Assembly: GCA_963813335.1 (NCBI GenBank)
Contig: CAWEYL010000003.1
Location: forward strand, 1-64,000
Direction of reading: 5' to 3'
DNA length: 64,000 nucleotides
DNA from: an uncultured Chloroflexia bacterium
Lineage (GTDB): Bacteria > Chloroflexota > Limnocylindria > Limnocylindrales > CSP1-4
In this document: positions 50,222-59,609 of the stretch, piece after piece
Layout: every line of letters begins with the position of its first letter
Position numbering within the stretch: position 1 is the first letter of the stretch
Made by a program: the position numbers and the translations under genes
Notes under the pieces: generated by a model
Database searches by the model: none
What the model saw: the letters and a program-made list of their open reading frames with translations, nothing else
What the model was told of the DNA's origin: nothing

Positions 50222-52414
50222 CTAGGCGGCCTCGGAGGCGGCCGCGGCGGCATGGCCGCCGTCGCGCTTGACCCGGTAGAGCGCCCGGTCCGCGGCCGCG
50301 ATCAGGTCGGTCGGGGTGCGGCCGTCGTCGGGGAAGGTCGCGACCCCGATGGATGCGGCGATCGGCACCGGGCCGCGCTGCTCGCCGACGTACGGGTGGT
50401 CGCGGAACGCGTCGAGGATGCGCCGCGCCGTGGAGGCGGCCTCGGCGGCGTCGGTCTCGGGCAGGATGATCGCGAATTCGTCCCCGCCGTAGCGGGCCGG
50501 GATGTCGGACGCCCGGAGGGTCGAGCGGATCAGCTCCCCCGTCCACGTCAGCACCCGGTCGCCGAAGAGGTGGCCGAAGGTGTCGTTCACCAGCTTGAAG
50601 TCGTCCAGGTCGAGCATCAGGACGCTCAGCGGGCGACGGGCCCGCTGCGCCCGGACGACCTCCTCGCCGAGCCGTTCGTGCAGGAAGCGGTGGTTGTAGA
50701 AGCCAGTCAGCAGGTCGCGGTCAGCGCGGTTGCGGGCGTCCTCGTAGAGGCGCGCGTTCTCGAGGGCCATCGCCGCCTCGTTGGCCATCGTCCTGGCCAG
50801 CTGCAGCCGCTCGAGGTCCCAGGTGATCGGCGTCCGCGAGAAGAGCTCGACGAGGCCGATGGCCTGGCCCTTGGCGACGAGCGGCAGCATCGCGAGGACG
50901 TGGTTGCCGTCGTGGACGAGCAGCTCGACTTCGGCGCGATCCGCCCGCGGGTCGTCGACGTCGATGATCACGGGCTCCTGGTGGGTGAGCACGCGCAGGG
51001 TCTCCGGGTACCCGGAGACGTCGTAGTACGGGTCCATCGTGTCGATCCGCGACTCGGGGTAGTAGCCGAGCGAGTCGACCCGGCCGGCGGGCCGGTCCCA
51101 GTAGCTGATGGCGCACTCGTCGACGCCCATGGCGCGGGCGAGATGGCCGGCCATCAGGTTGGCGACCTGCCGCGGGTCCAGGCTCTCGGACAGCTCGGCG
51201 CTCATGTCGAGCAGCCGCCGCAGCTCGCCGGCGAGGTCCTGGGTCCGAGCCAGCAGCCGGGCGGACTCGATGGCCGTGGCGGCCTGGTCGGCGAGGATCG
51301 TGAGGAGCCGGAGGTCATCGTCGTCGAACTGGCGCAGCCCGAGCTTCGAGAGGGTGATGACGCCGACCGTCGCCTCGTCGTAGCGCATCGGCACGACGAG
51401 CATCGATTCGTCGACGTCGTCCGTGCCCGGGATCGTCGAGCCGCGAGAGTCGAGGTTGGCGTCGTTGATGAGGAGTGGCTTGCCGCGCTGGGCGACCCAG
51501 CCCGTGAACCCCTCGCCGAGCTTGCAGCGGAGGACCTCGAAGTCGACCTGCTCATACGCGCCGACGGTCCCCTCGAACGCGATCGGCACGACGTCGCCGC
51601 CCTCGAGGACGTAGACGCGGGCGTTGTGGTAGTCGATGATCCGCCGGGTCTCCTCGACCACGGTCCGGCCGATGCCCTCGATGGTCCCGGCCCGGCTCAG
51701 CCGGGCGGAGGCCGCCTGGAGGACGCCGAGCTGCGCGGCGCGCGCCTCGGTCTGCTCGAAGAGCTCGGCATTCGTGAGCGCGATGGCCGCATGCGTTGCC
51801 AGGGTGGTGATGAACGCCACGTCGCTGTCGGTCCACTCGCGCGGCTCGAACGTGACGGCCGCCAGCGAGCCGATGACCCGGTCGTGATGGATGAGCGGCG
51901 CGATCAGCTCGCCGGCGAACTCGAGGACCCCGTCGTAGCGCTCGTAGCCATGCTTCCGGACCCCGCGCACGTCGTCGCGGGCGACCACCCGGCCGGAGCG
52001 CAGCACCTCGCCGGCCCAGCCCTCATCGCGGTGGAAGACGGGGAGGCTGGCCGCGACCTCGTCGCCGATGCCGGCCCAGGCCGCGACATCGAGCCGGTCG
52101 TCACGGAGGATCCGGATGGTCGTGCTGTCCGCGCGGAGGGCGCGCATGGTCTCGTCGACGATCGTGCGGAACAGCTCCTGGCGGTCGTGCGAAGCCGCCA
52201 GCCGCTCGGCGATGCCGAGCACCGAATCGAGGCGCTCGGCGAGCTCGACCTCGAGCGGGCGGGCCTTGGCCGCCGGCAGCGCGGCCAGCGGTTCGCCCTG
52301 CGCCCGCAGCAGGCCGCGGAAGAGCGCCGGCCCGCCGCCGCCCTTGGACGCGTCGGACCGAGCGGACCCGGGCAGCCCGGGTTCGCGCTCGTCGCTGGCC
52401 TGACGCACGCTCAC
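50222..52414 (-). CDS. triple-GAF + GGDEF diguanylate cyclase
   Basis: Three GAF-like repeats ending AAIALTNAELF / AATAIESARL / AAMALENARLY; DLDDFKLVND, RASD I-site, RYGGDEF. Confidence 0.92.
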   Translation of the reverse strand: MSVRQASDEREPGLPGSARSDASKGGGGPALFRGLLRAQGEPLAALPAAKARPLEVELAERLDSVLGIAERLAASHDRQELFRTIVDETMRALRADSTTIRILRDDRLDVAAWAGIGDEVAASLPVFHRDEGWAGEVLRSGRVVARDDVRGVRKHGYERYDGVLEFAGELIAPLIHHDRVIGSLAAVTFEPREWTDSDVAFITTLATHAAIALTNAELFEQTEARAAQLGVLQAASARLSRAGTIEGIGRTVVEETRRIIDYHNARVYVLEGGDVVPIAFEGTVGAYEQVDFEVLRCKLGEGFTGWVAQRGKPLLINDANLDSRGSTIPGTDDVDESMLVVPMRYDEATVGVITLSKLGLRQFDDDDLRLLTILADQAATAIESARLLARTQDLAGELRRLLDMSAELSESLDPRQVANLMAGHLARAMGVDECAISYWDRPAGRVDSLGYYPESRIDTMDPYYDVSGYPETLRVLTHQEPVIIDVDDPRADRAEVELLVHDGNHVLAMLPLVAKGQAIGLVELFSRTPITWDLERLQLARTMANEAAMALENARLYEDARNRADRDLLTGFYNHRFLHERLGEEVVRAQRARRPLSVLMLDLDDFKLVNDTFGHLFGDRVLTWTGELIRSTLRASDIPARYGGDEFAIILPETDAAEAASTARRILDAFRDHPYVGEQRGPVPIAASIGVATFPDDGRTPTDLIAAADRALYRVKRDGGHAAAAASEAA

Positions 52415-52511
52415 GTCCCGATGGTGGCACCGCGGGGCCGTTCCATCGGCACGCCAGCGGTCAGGACGTGGCCCGTACGGACGTACCGGGTGCCGGCCGA
52501 CACCGGGCTCG

Positions 52512-52541
52512 TTGACCGTCCCGGAAGGCCGGGTCTACACT
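52512..52541 (+). promoter_or_regulatory. sigma70-type promoter TTGACC-N18-TACACT, implying a ~210-nt leader
   Basis: TTGACC 52512-52517 and TACACT 52536-52541; next start codon at 52758. Confidence 0.6.
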
Positions 52542-52757
52542 CCGCCCGGGCCGACTCCCGGAACGCCGCGGAACCGGCCGTCCCATCCCGTACCCAAGAG
52601 GTCAGCGCCCCATCGTGGACGACGGTCCCAGTCGACGCGACGCCGCCCGAGGCGTCGTCACCAGGCACTCGGTCCGCTCCGCTCCCTGACGGCTGACCGC
52701 GGCCCCGCAAGGGTCGCGCCACCCGCGGCGGACCGGTCCGACCGTGAGGTGGTATCC

Positions 52758-54017
52758 ATGCTCTACCTGAGCCAGGCCATCGGCCGACCCGTGCTCGACG
52801 CCGATGGCGTGCCGCTCGGCCGGGTGGACGATCTCATCGTCGCCCTCGGCGACCGCTATCCGCCCGTGACCGGGCTGGTCCTGCGCACGGACCAGCGCCG
52901 GATCTTCCTGCCCTGGACGTCCGTTGCCACCTTCGATGCCTCCGGTGGCCGGCTGTCGACCGACAAGATCGACATCACCTCCTTCAAGCAGCGCCCGAAC
53001 GAGATCCAGCTGCGCGCCGACCTCCTCGACAAGCAGATCGTCGACATCGACGGCCGCAAGGTCGTGCGCGTCAACGACCTGCGTCTCGACGACGTCGAGG
53101 GGAAGCTCCACCTCGTGGCGGTCGATGTCGGGGCCGCCGGGCTGCTGCGCCGGCTCGGCGTCGAGGGTGCCTTCCGCGTCCTGGCCCGCAACGTCGGCTT
53201 GTCGACCCCGGAGCGCTACATCGACTGGGAGGACGTCGACCCGGTCGAGACCAGCATCGCCTCGATCAAGCTGCGCGTGCCGCACGCGGGCCTCGCCGAG
53301 CTCCACCCGGCCGACCTCGCGACGATCATCGACCAGCTCGCCCCGCGCGACCGCGCCGGCGTCCTGGCGTCACTGGACGACGAGGCCGCGGCCGACGCGA
53401 TCGAGGAGATGGAGCCCGACACCCAGGTCGAGGTCCTCGAGGACCTCGCCCCGGAGCGTGCCGCCGACATCCTCGAGGAGATGTCGCCGGACGACGCGGC
53501 GGACCTCGTGGCCGACCTCTCGGACGAGACCCGCGCGGAGCTGCTGGCGCTCATGGAGCGCGACGAGGCCGACGAGCTCGGCGAGCTGCTCCGCTATCCC
53601 GAGGACACCGCGGGCGGCACGATGACCACGGAGTTCGTCGCCGTGCCGGCCGACCTGTCGGCGGCGGCCACCATCGACCGGCTGCGCGAGCTGGAGCCCG
53701 ACGCCGAGACCATCTACTACGTCTACGTGGTCGACGCCGCGGAGCGGCTGGTGGGGGTCCTCTCGCTGCGTGACCTGATCGTCGCGCCGCCGGCCAGCCC
53801 GATCGGCGAGGTGATGATCCCGGAGCCGGTCGCCGTGGACGTGCTGGCCGATCGCGACGAGGTCGCCACGGTGGTCGCCCGCTACAACCTCCTCGCCGTT
53901 CCCGTGGTGGACGAGGAGAACCGGCTCGTCGGGATCGTCACCGTCGACGACGCGATGGACACCATCCTGCCCGCCGGCTGGCGGCGCCGGCTGCCGCGAC
54001 CCGTCGGGCGCGGCTAG
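52758..54017 (+). CDS. PRC-barrel + MgtE intracellular N domain + CBS pair (no TM domain)
   Basis: LLDKQIVDIDGRKVVRVND, LHPADLA, EMSPDDAADL, YPEDTAGGTMTTEFV, IYYVYVVD, GIVTVDD. Confidence 0.9.
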   Translation: MLYLSQAIGRPVLDADGVPLGRVDDLIVALGDRYPPVTGLVLRTDQRRIFLPWTSVATFDASGGRLSTDKIDITSFKQRPNEIQLRADLLDKQIVDIDGRKVVRVNDLRLDDVEGKLHLVAVDVGAAGLLRRLGVEGAFRVLARNVGLSTPERYIDWEDVDPVETSIASIKLRVPHAGLAELHPADLATIIDQLAPRDRAGVLASLDDEAAADAIEEMEPDTQVEVLEDLAPERAADILEEMSPDDAADLVADLSDETRAELLALMERDEADELGELLRYPEDTAGGTMTTEFVAVPADLSAAATIDRLRELEPDAETIYYVYVVDAAERLVGVLSLRDLIVAPPASPIGEVMIPEPVAVDVLADRDEVATVVARYNLLAVPVVDEENRLVGIVTVDDAMDTILPAGWRRRLPRPVGRG

Positions 54018-54029
54018 GAGCCCGGTCCG

Positions 54030-55376
54030 ATGCGCCGGCCGCCGCCGATCGCCCTGCGCCGCCCGCGACCGATCATGCGATTGCGTGACCGGCTCGCACT
54101 CGGGCGCCGCGTGCGCCTGCGTGGGCGGTTCCGCGGTCGGCGCGGGCTCCTGGCATTCCTCGCCGTGATGGGCCCCGGCCTGATCGCCGGCATCGCCGGC
54201 AACGACGCGGGCGGCATCACCACATACAGCGTGCTGGGCGCGGAGACGGGTCTCACGCTCCTCTGGCTGTTCCCGATCACGATCGTGATCCTGGCCATCG
54301 TCCAGGAGATGGCGGCGCGGCTCGGCGTCGTGACCGGCCAGGGGCTGTCCGACCTCATCCGCGACCGGTTCGGGGTCCGGCCCACGGCGTTCGCCATGTT
54401 GGTGCTGCTGGTCGCGAACGTGGCCAACACCGTCGCGGAGTTCTCGGGAGCGGCGGCGGCCCTCGAGATCTTCGGGATCTCGCGCTATCTCGCGGTGCCG
54501 ATCACCGCGATCGCCATCTGGGCGCTCGTGATCAAGGCCTCGTACAAGACCATCGAGCGCGTCTTCCTCTCGGTGATCGTGGTCTTCCTCGCCTACATCG
54601 CGTCGGCGATCCTCGCGCGGCCGGACTGGGGCGAGGTCGGCAAGGCGCTCGTGACGCCTTCGTTCGACTGGTCGACCACGACGCTGCTCCTGATGGTCGC
54701 GCTGGTGGGCACCACCGTGACCCCGTACATGCAGTTCTACCTGACCAGCGCGGTCGCCGAGAAGGGCATCGGCGAGGACGAGCTGAGCCTCGAGCGCGCC
54801 GACGCCATCGGCGGGTCGATCTGGACCAATGTCATCGCCATCTTCATCGTCGTCGCGACCGCGACGACCATCTACGCGACCGGCGGGTCCATCGAGACGG
54901 CCGCGGACGCGGCGGCCGGGCTCGAGCCGGTGGCCGGGAGGCTGGCCGAGGCGCTGTTCGCGGTGGGCCTGTTCGGGGCGAGCGTGCTGGCCGCGACGAT
55001 CATGCCGCTCTCGACAGCCTTCGTCGTGTGCGAGGCGTTCGGCTGGGAATCCGGCGTCGACCACCGCTTCTCGGACGCCCGGGCGTTCTTCTCGATCTAC
55101 ACGTTCGTGCTGGCCGTCGGCGCGCTGGTCGTGCTGATCCCGGGGCTGGACCTGCTGCCGCTGATCATCGGCTCGCAGAACCTGCAGGGCCTACTGCTGC
55201 CGGTCGTGCTGGTGTTCATGGTCGTGCTGGTCAATGACAAGCGGCTGATGGGCGACCACCGCAACGGCCGGACCGCCAACGTGCTGGCCTGGGGCGCTGT
55301 CGGGCTCGTGGTCGTGCTCGACGCGGTGCTCCTCGCGGTGAGCGCAGCCGGCGCGCTCGGGATCACGATCGCGTAG
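54030..55376 (+). CDS. NRAMP-related divalent metal (probably Mg2+) transporter
   Basis: MGPGLI...GNDAGGITTYS, QEMAARLG.VTGQGL, GTTVTPYMQF; start could instead be ATG 54075. Confidence 0.88.
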   Translation: MRRPPPIALRRPRPIMRLRDRLALGRRVRLRGRFRGRRGLLAFLAVMGPGLIAGIAGNDAGGITTYSVLGAETGLTLLWLFPITIVILAIVQEMAARLGVVTGQGLSDLIRDRFGVRPTAFAMLVLLVANVANTVAEFSGAAAALEIFGISRYLAVPITAIAIWALVIKASYKTIERVFLSVIVVFLAYIASAILARPDWGEVGKALVTPSFDWSTTTLLLMVALVGTTVTPYMQFYLTSAVAEKGIGEDELSLERADAIGGSIWTNVIAIFIVVATATTIYATGGSIETAADAAAGLEPVAGRLAEALFAVGLFGASVLAATIMPLSTAFVVCEAFGWESGVDHRFSDARAFFSIYTFVLAVGALVVLIPGLDLLPLIIGSQNLQGLLLPVVLVFMVVLVNDKRLMGDHRNGRTANVLAWGAVGLVVVLDAVLLAVSAAGALGITIA

Positions 55377-55421
55377 CAGCCCTCGCGACCCGTGCCGCCG
55401 GCCCGTGCTGCGTGACTACCC

Positions 55422-55609
55422 GGCCTAACGCTCACCCACGGAACGTTATGGTTGATCCGAGGGACGCAGCGCCCGGATCCGACCCGAGCCATGAGGTACG
55501 GGGGCGCCACGACCGGCAAGTCTGTGCTCAGGTTGCAGTGAGCGCCGGTTGCTGGATCGGGCGGCCAAGCAGCTACCCGCCATAAGGTTCTGTGGGCGAG
55601 CGTTGTGCC
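55422..55609. repeat. 188-bp element with 30-bp terminal inverted repeats, foldable into a long rod (repeat element or ncRNA)
   Basis: GGCCTAACGCTCACCCACGGAACGTTATGG versus CCATAAGGTTCTGTGGGCGAGCGTTGTGCC; inner stems GATCC/GGATC, GCAGC/GTTGC, GACCCGAGC/GCTCAGGTT. Confidence 0.7.
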
Positions 55610-55708
55610 AGGTCCCGCGGCGCCATGACGGCCCGATCCCGGAGGCCGGGCGCCGGGAGGCCGGGGACCGCTCGAGCTGCCGCCATCGCCGCGCCGCGTG
55701 ACGATCGC

Positions 55709-57115
55709 CTAGCGGCCCTCGCCGGTCTCGACCGGGAGGCCCGCGGCGCGCCAGGCCGGGAAGCCGGCACCGACCCACGACGCGTGCTCGAAGCCGGACG
55801 CGCGCAGCAGCGAGGTGCCGATCGACGCGCGGAAGCCCGCCTCGCAGATCACCGCGATCGGGCGGTCGCGGGGCAGGTCGGCGAGGCGGTCCGGCAGCGA
55901 GCCGCCGTTGATGTGCCAGGCGCCCGGGACGTGGCCGGCCGCGTACTCGTTCATCTGCCGGACATCGATGACGAGCGGGGCCTCGGCGGCGCCCGAGCCC
56001 GCCAGCGCGGCGGCCAGCTCCTCGATCGACAGCCGGCCGCTGGCCTCGACCGGACGCCCGGACGCGGCCCACGCCTCGACCCCGCCGTCGAGATAGCCGG
56101 CCATGTCGTCACGTCCGATCCGGATCGCCTGGCGCATGAGCGGGTCGAGGTCACCGGGCCGCTCGGCGAGCAGCACGACCGGCCGGTCGAGGTCGACCAC
56201 CCAGCCGAGCCAGGTCCCGAACGAGTCCTCGAGCGGGATCGAGATCGAGCCAGGGATATGCCCGGCGACGTGGACCGCCGCCGGTCGCGCGTCGACGAGC
56301 GTCGCGCCCTCGTCCATGGCGGTCTCGACCGCCGCCGGGTCCAGCGGCGGCGGCATCGGGATCCGGCCACCCAGCAGCGGCGGCCCGCCCTGGTTCGCCG
56401 GGCGCATCCGCGCGAAGTAGCGCGGGATCGCCGGCTGGCCGGCGAGCAGCGCCCGCGCGAAGGCATCGACGTCCATCGGCGAGAGCAGCGGGTCGAACCG
56501 GCGCTCCTGGCCGAGCGTGGTGGTGGCCGCCTCGCCGATCCCGGTCGAGCACAGCGACCCGGCGCCGTGGGTCGGGTGGACGTGCGTGCCGTCGCCGAGC
56601 GGCAGCAGGACGTCGTGGATCGAGTGGTACATGTCGTGGGCGTACGCGACCGCATGGTCCGCGCCGAGCAGGTCGGTCCGCCCGACCGCGCCGACCAGGA
56701 TCGAGCCGCCGCTCAACAGCGTCCCCGGATCGTCGGACACCGACCCGTCGACGACCCGGTACGACACGTGCTCGGGCGTGTGCCCGGGCGTGTCGAGGAC
56801 CTCGAAGTGCAGCCGCCCGACGTCGAAGCCCGCCCCGCCCGCCAGCCCGGCGTGCTCGTAGCGGAGCTCGGCGCCCGCCCCGATCACGTGCGTCGCCCCT
56901 GTCAACGCCGCCAGGTCGCGCCCGCCCGACACGTAATCGTTGTGCAGGTGGGTCTCGACGACGTGGCTGATCCGCAGGCCTCGCTCGGCCGCGGCGGCCA
57001 GGTAGATGTCGACATCGCGCCGCGGATCGACGATCGCGGCGACGCCCGCGTCCTCGTCCGCGATGAGCGTCGACAGGTGGCCCAGCCCGCGGATCGAGAA
57101 CGACTCGAGTCGCAT
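55709..57115 (-). CDS. MBL-fold hydrolase + two rhodanese domains (persulfide dioxygenase-sulfurtransferase-like)
   Basis: VDPRRD, ETHLHNDYVSG, TPGHTPEH, GRTDL, PTHGAGSLC, GHIPGS, VICEAGFRA. Confidence 0.92.
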   Translation of the reverse strand: MRLESFSIRGLGHLSTLIADEDAGVAAIVDPRRDVDIYLAAAAERGLRISHVVETHLHNDYVSGGRDLAALTGATHVIGAGAELRYEHAGLAGGAGFDVGRLHFEVLDTPGHTPEHVSYRVVDGSVSDDPGTLLSGGSILVGAVGRTDLLGADHAVAYAHDMYHSIHDVLLPLGDGTHVHPTHGAGSLCSTGIGEAATTTLGQERRFDPLLSPMDVDAFARALLAGQPAIPRYFARMRPANQGGPPLLGGRIPMPPPLDPAAVETAMDEGATLVDARPAAVHVAGHIPGSISIPLEDSFGTWLGWVVDLDRPVVLLAERPGDLDPLMRQAIRIGRDDMAGYLDGGVEAWAASGRPVEASGRLSIEELAAALAGSGAAEAPLVIDVRQMNEYAAGHVPGAWHINGGSLPDRLADLPRDRPIAVICEAGFRASIGTSLLRASGFEHASWVGAGFPAWRAAGLPVETGEGR

Positions 57116-57118
57116 CCG

Positions 57119-57868
57119 CTACATCATCACGAGGCCGCCGTCGACCGCCAGCACGTGGCCGGTGATGTACCCGGCCTCGTCCGAGGCGAGGAACGCGACG
57201 GCGTCGGCGATCTCCTGGGTGGTGCCGAAGCGCGCGAGCGGCGTGCGGTTGGTGATCTCGTCCATGAGCGGCTGCGGCAGGTCCTGGGTCAGCTCGGTCA
57301 GCACGAACCCTGGCGCGACGGCGTTGACCGTGATCCCGCGCGAGGCGAGCTCGCGGGCGGAGGCCTTGGTCAGCCCGATCAGCCCGGCCTTCGCCGACGA
57401 GTAGTTCGCCTGGCCCATCTGGCCGGCCTGGCCGGACACCGAGGTGATGTTGACGATCCGCCCGGCGCGCGCCTTGAGCATCGGCCGGGTCACGGCCTTG
57501 GTCATCCAGAACGCCCCGAAGAGGTTGGTCTCGAGGACTTCGCGCCAGGCCTCCTCGGTCATCCGCATGATCAGGTCGTCGCGGGTGACGCCGGCGTTGT
57601 TGACGAGGATATCGACCTTCCCGAACGCCTCGAGCACGGCCTTGACGACGCCGTCGGCGGCCTCCGGCGCGCGGGCATCGGCCTGGATCGAGACCGCCCG
57701 GCGGCCGAGCCCTTCGATGATGGCCACGGTCTCCGCGGCCGCCGCGGCATTGCCCTTGTACGTGAACGCCACGTCCGCGCCCTGCGTCGCGAGGCGGGTC
57801 GCGATCGCGCGGCCGATCCCCCGCGAGCCGCCGGTCACGAGGGCGCTCTTGCCGGTCAGGTCGATCAT
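57119..57868 (-). CDS. fabG: 3-oxoacyl-ACP reductase
   Basis: TGGSRGIG, LVNNAGVTRD, GQANYSSAKAG, NAVAPGF, ITGHVLAVDGG. Confidence 0.95.
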   Translation of the reverse strand: MIDLTGKSALVTGGSRGIGRAIATRLATQGADVAFTYKGNAAAAAETVAIIEGLGRRAVSIQADARAPEAADGVVKAVLEAFGKVDILVNNAGVTRDDLIMRMTEEAWREVLETNLFGAFWMTKAVTRPMLKARAGRIVNITSVSGQAGQMGQANYSSAKAGLIGLTKASARELASRGITVNAVAPGFVLTELTQDLPQPLMDEITNRTPLARFGTTQEIADAVAFLASDEAGYITGHVLAVDGGLVMM

Positions 57869-59061
57869 GCGTGCGTCTCCTGGCGGGCGGGCCCGGGCTC
57901 GCCGGGGACGACATCGTCGAGCGGGACGTCGACCGTGCCGGGCTGGGCCATGATGCGCGCGAGCGCGTCGGGGATCGGGTCCACCGAGTCCCAGTCGACC
58001 GGCGCCCGGATGACGAGGTCCGCCGGGTCGACGGCCGCGTCGCCGGCGATCCCGCGTGCCGGGTCGGCGGTCCATTCGATCGTCACCGCGCCGCTCGTGA
58101 AGCCGGCCCCGAAGGCCACGATCACGATCCGGTCGCCGACCTTGACCCGGCCCTCGTTGACCGCCTCGGCCAGGGCGATCGGCACGGACGCGGCCGACGT
58201 GTTCCCGTATTTGTGGAGGTTGACGAACATCTTCTCCATCGGCAGGTCCAGGCCCTTGGCCACCGCGTCGATGATGCGGATGTTGGCCTGGTGCGGGATG
58301 AACAGGTCGATGTCGGACGGCTGGAGGCCGGCCTTCCGGATCGACTCGAGCGCCGTGGACGCCAGCGTCCGCGTCGCGAACCGATAGGTCTCCTTGCCCT
58401 CCATCCGGATGTAGTGCTCGCCGCGGGCGATGGTGTCGGCCGAGGGCGGGCTCTTGGCGCCGCCGGCGGGCAGCCAGATCATGTAGGCGCCCTGCGGCTC
58501 GGTCGTCATCTCGATGCCGAGCCCGCCGCCCGGCTCGTCCGACGCGGACAGGACGACCGCCCCGGCCCCGTCGCCGAAGAGGATGCAGGTGTTGCGGTCC
58601 GTGTAGTCGAGGAAGCGGGTCAGCAGCTCGGCCCCGATGACCAGCACGTGCTTCGCCAGCCCGCTCGTGATGTAGGCGTGCGCGGTCGCGTACGCGTAGA
58701 CGAAGCCGGAGCATGCCGCGGCGACGTCCATCGCGGCGGCCTTCGTGTTGCCGATGGCCTCCTTGACCAGCGCCGCGGTCGAGGGCATCCAGTAGTCGGG
58801 CGTCAGCGTGGCGAGCAGGATCAGGTCGATGTCGTCCGGCTCGATGCCGGCCGTGCGGATCGCGCGCATCGACGCGACCGCGGCCATCGAGGCGGTCGTC
58901 TCGTGCGCGGCCGCGACCCGTCGCTCGCGGATCCCGGTGCGGGTGACGATCCACTCATCCGAGGTATCGACGATCCGCTCGAGGTCCTGGTTGGTGAGCA
59001 CCTGCGACGGGGCGTAGCGGCCCCAGCCGGTGACATGGGCGTAGCGCGCGACCTGACTCAC
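57865..59061 (-). CDS. fabH: 3-oxoacyl-ACP synthase III, with C-terminal extension
   Basis: DTSDEWIVTRTGIRERR, AACSGF, LFGDGAGA, PHQANIRI, YGNTSAAS, AFGAG. Confidence 0.95.
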   Translation of the reverse strand: MSQVARYAHVTGWGRYAPSQVLTNQDLERIVDTSDEWIVTRTGIRERRVAAAHETTASMAAVASMRAIRTAGIEPDDIDLILLATLTPDYWMPSTAALVKEAIGNTKAAAMDVAAACSGFVYAYATAHAYITSGLAKHVLVIGAELLTRFLDYTDRNTCILFGDGAGAVVLSASDEPGGGLGIEMTTEPQGAYMIWLPAGGAKSPPSADTIARGEHYIRMEGKETYRFATRTLASTALESIRKAGLQPSDIDLFIPHQANIRIIDAVAKGLDLPMEKMFVNLHKYGNTSAASVPIALAEAVNEGRVKVGDRIVIVAFGAGFTSGAVTIEWTADPARGIAGDAAVDPADLVIRAPVDWDSVDPIPDALARIMAQPGTVDVPLDDVVPGEPGPARQETHA

Positions 59062-59609
59062 AGCGGTTCCACCTCGACCAGTGGCTGCTTCGCCTTGACC
59101 AGTGTGCCGCTTTCGGGGATGACCTTGACCACGCGGCCGGCCAGGTCCGACTTGATCTCGTTGAACAGCTTCATCGCCTCGATCAGCCCCACCACCTGCC
59201 CGACCGCGATCTCGCCGCCGACGGTCACGTAGGGGGCCGAACCGGGCGCCGGCGAGCCGTAGAAGATGCCGGTCAGCGGCGCCTTGACCGATGGCTTCGA
59301 CGGTGCGCCCGGGTCGCGACCGGCCGCGGCCGGCTCGCCGGGACCGTGCCCGTCGGCGGAGGCCGCCACCGCGGCCGACGGCGGCGCCGGCTCCGCGACC
59401 GCGGTCGCGAACGCGGACGGCTTGCGCAGGACGAGCCCGGTCCCGCCCGACTCGACCTCGAGCTCGGTCAGGTCCGACCGGTCGAGGAGGTCCGCGAGCC
59501 GGTCGATGAGCGCCAGCAGCCCGGCGTCGCCGTCGTCGCGGACCGCGACCTCGGCCGGCGCCTCCGGCTCGGGGACGGCCCCGTCCGGGGCCTTCTCCTT
59601 GCCGGTCAT
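59058..59609 (-). CDS. accB: acetyl-CoA carboxylase biotin carboxyl carrier protein
   Basis: DLTELEV, APLTGIFY.SPAPG, IEAMKLFNEI (biotinyl Lys present). Confidence 0.93.
   Translation of the reverse strand: MTGKEKAPDGAVPEPEAPAEVAVRDDGDAGLLALIDRLADLLDRSDLTELEVESGGTGLVLRKPSAFATAVAEPAPPSAAVAASADGHGPGEPAAAGRDPGAPSKPSVKAPLTGIFYGSPAPGSAPYVTVGGEIAVGQVVGLIEAMKLFNEIKSDLAGRVVKVIPESGTLVKAKQPLVEVEPL

Noticed and set aside
49061-52696. Very long antisense ORFs (1211 aa here; also 55592-58387, 40076-42538, 42468-44948, 29742-31070)
   Set aside because: Shadow ORFs of real genes in high-GC DNA, with low-complexity translations and no motifs.
55422-55609. Integron attC site (starts GCCTAAC, ends GTTGTGC)
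   Set aside because: Longer than typical attC sites, right end does not fit GTTRRRY, and there is no cassette array or integrase.
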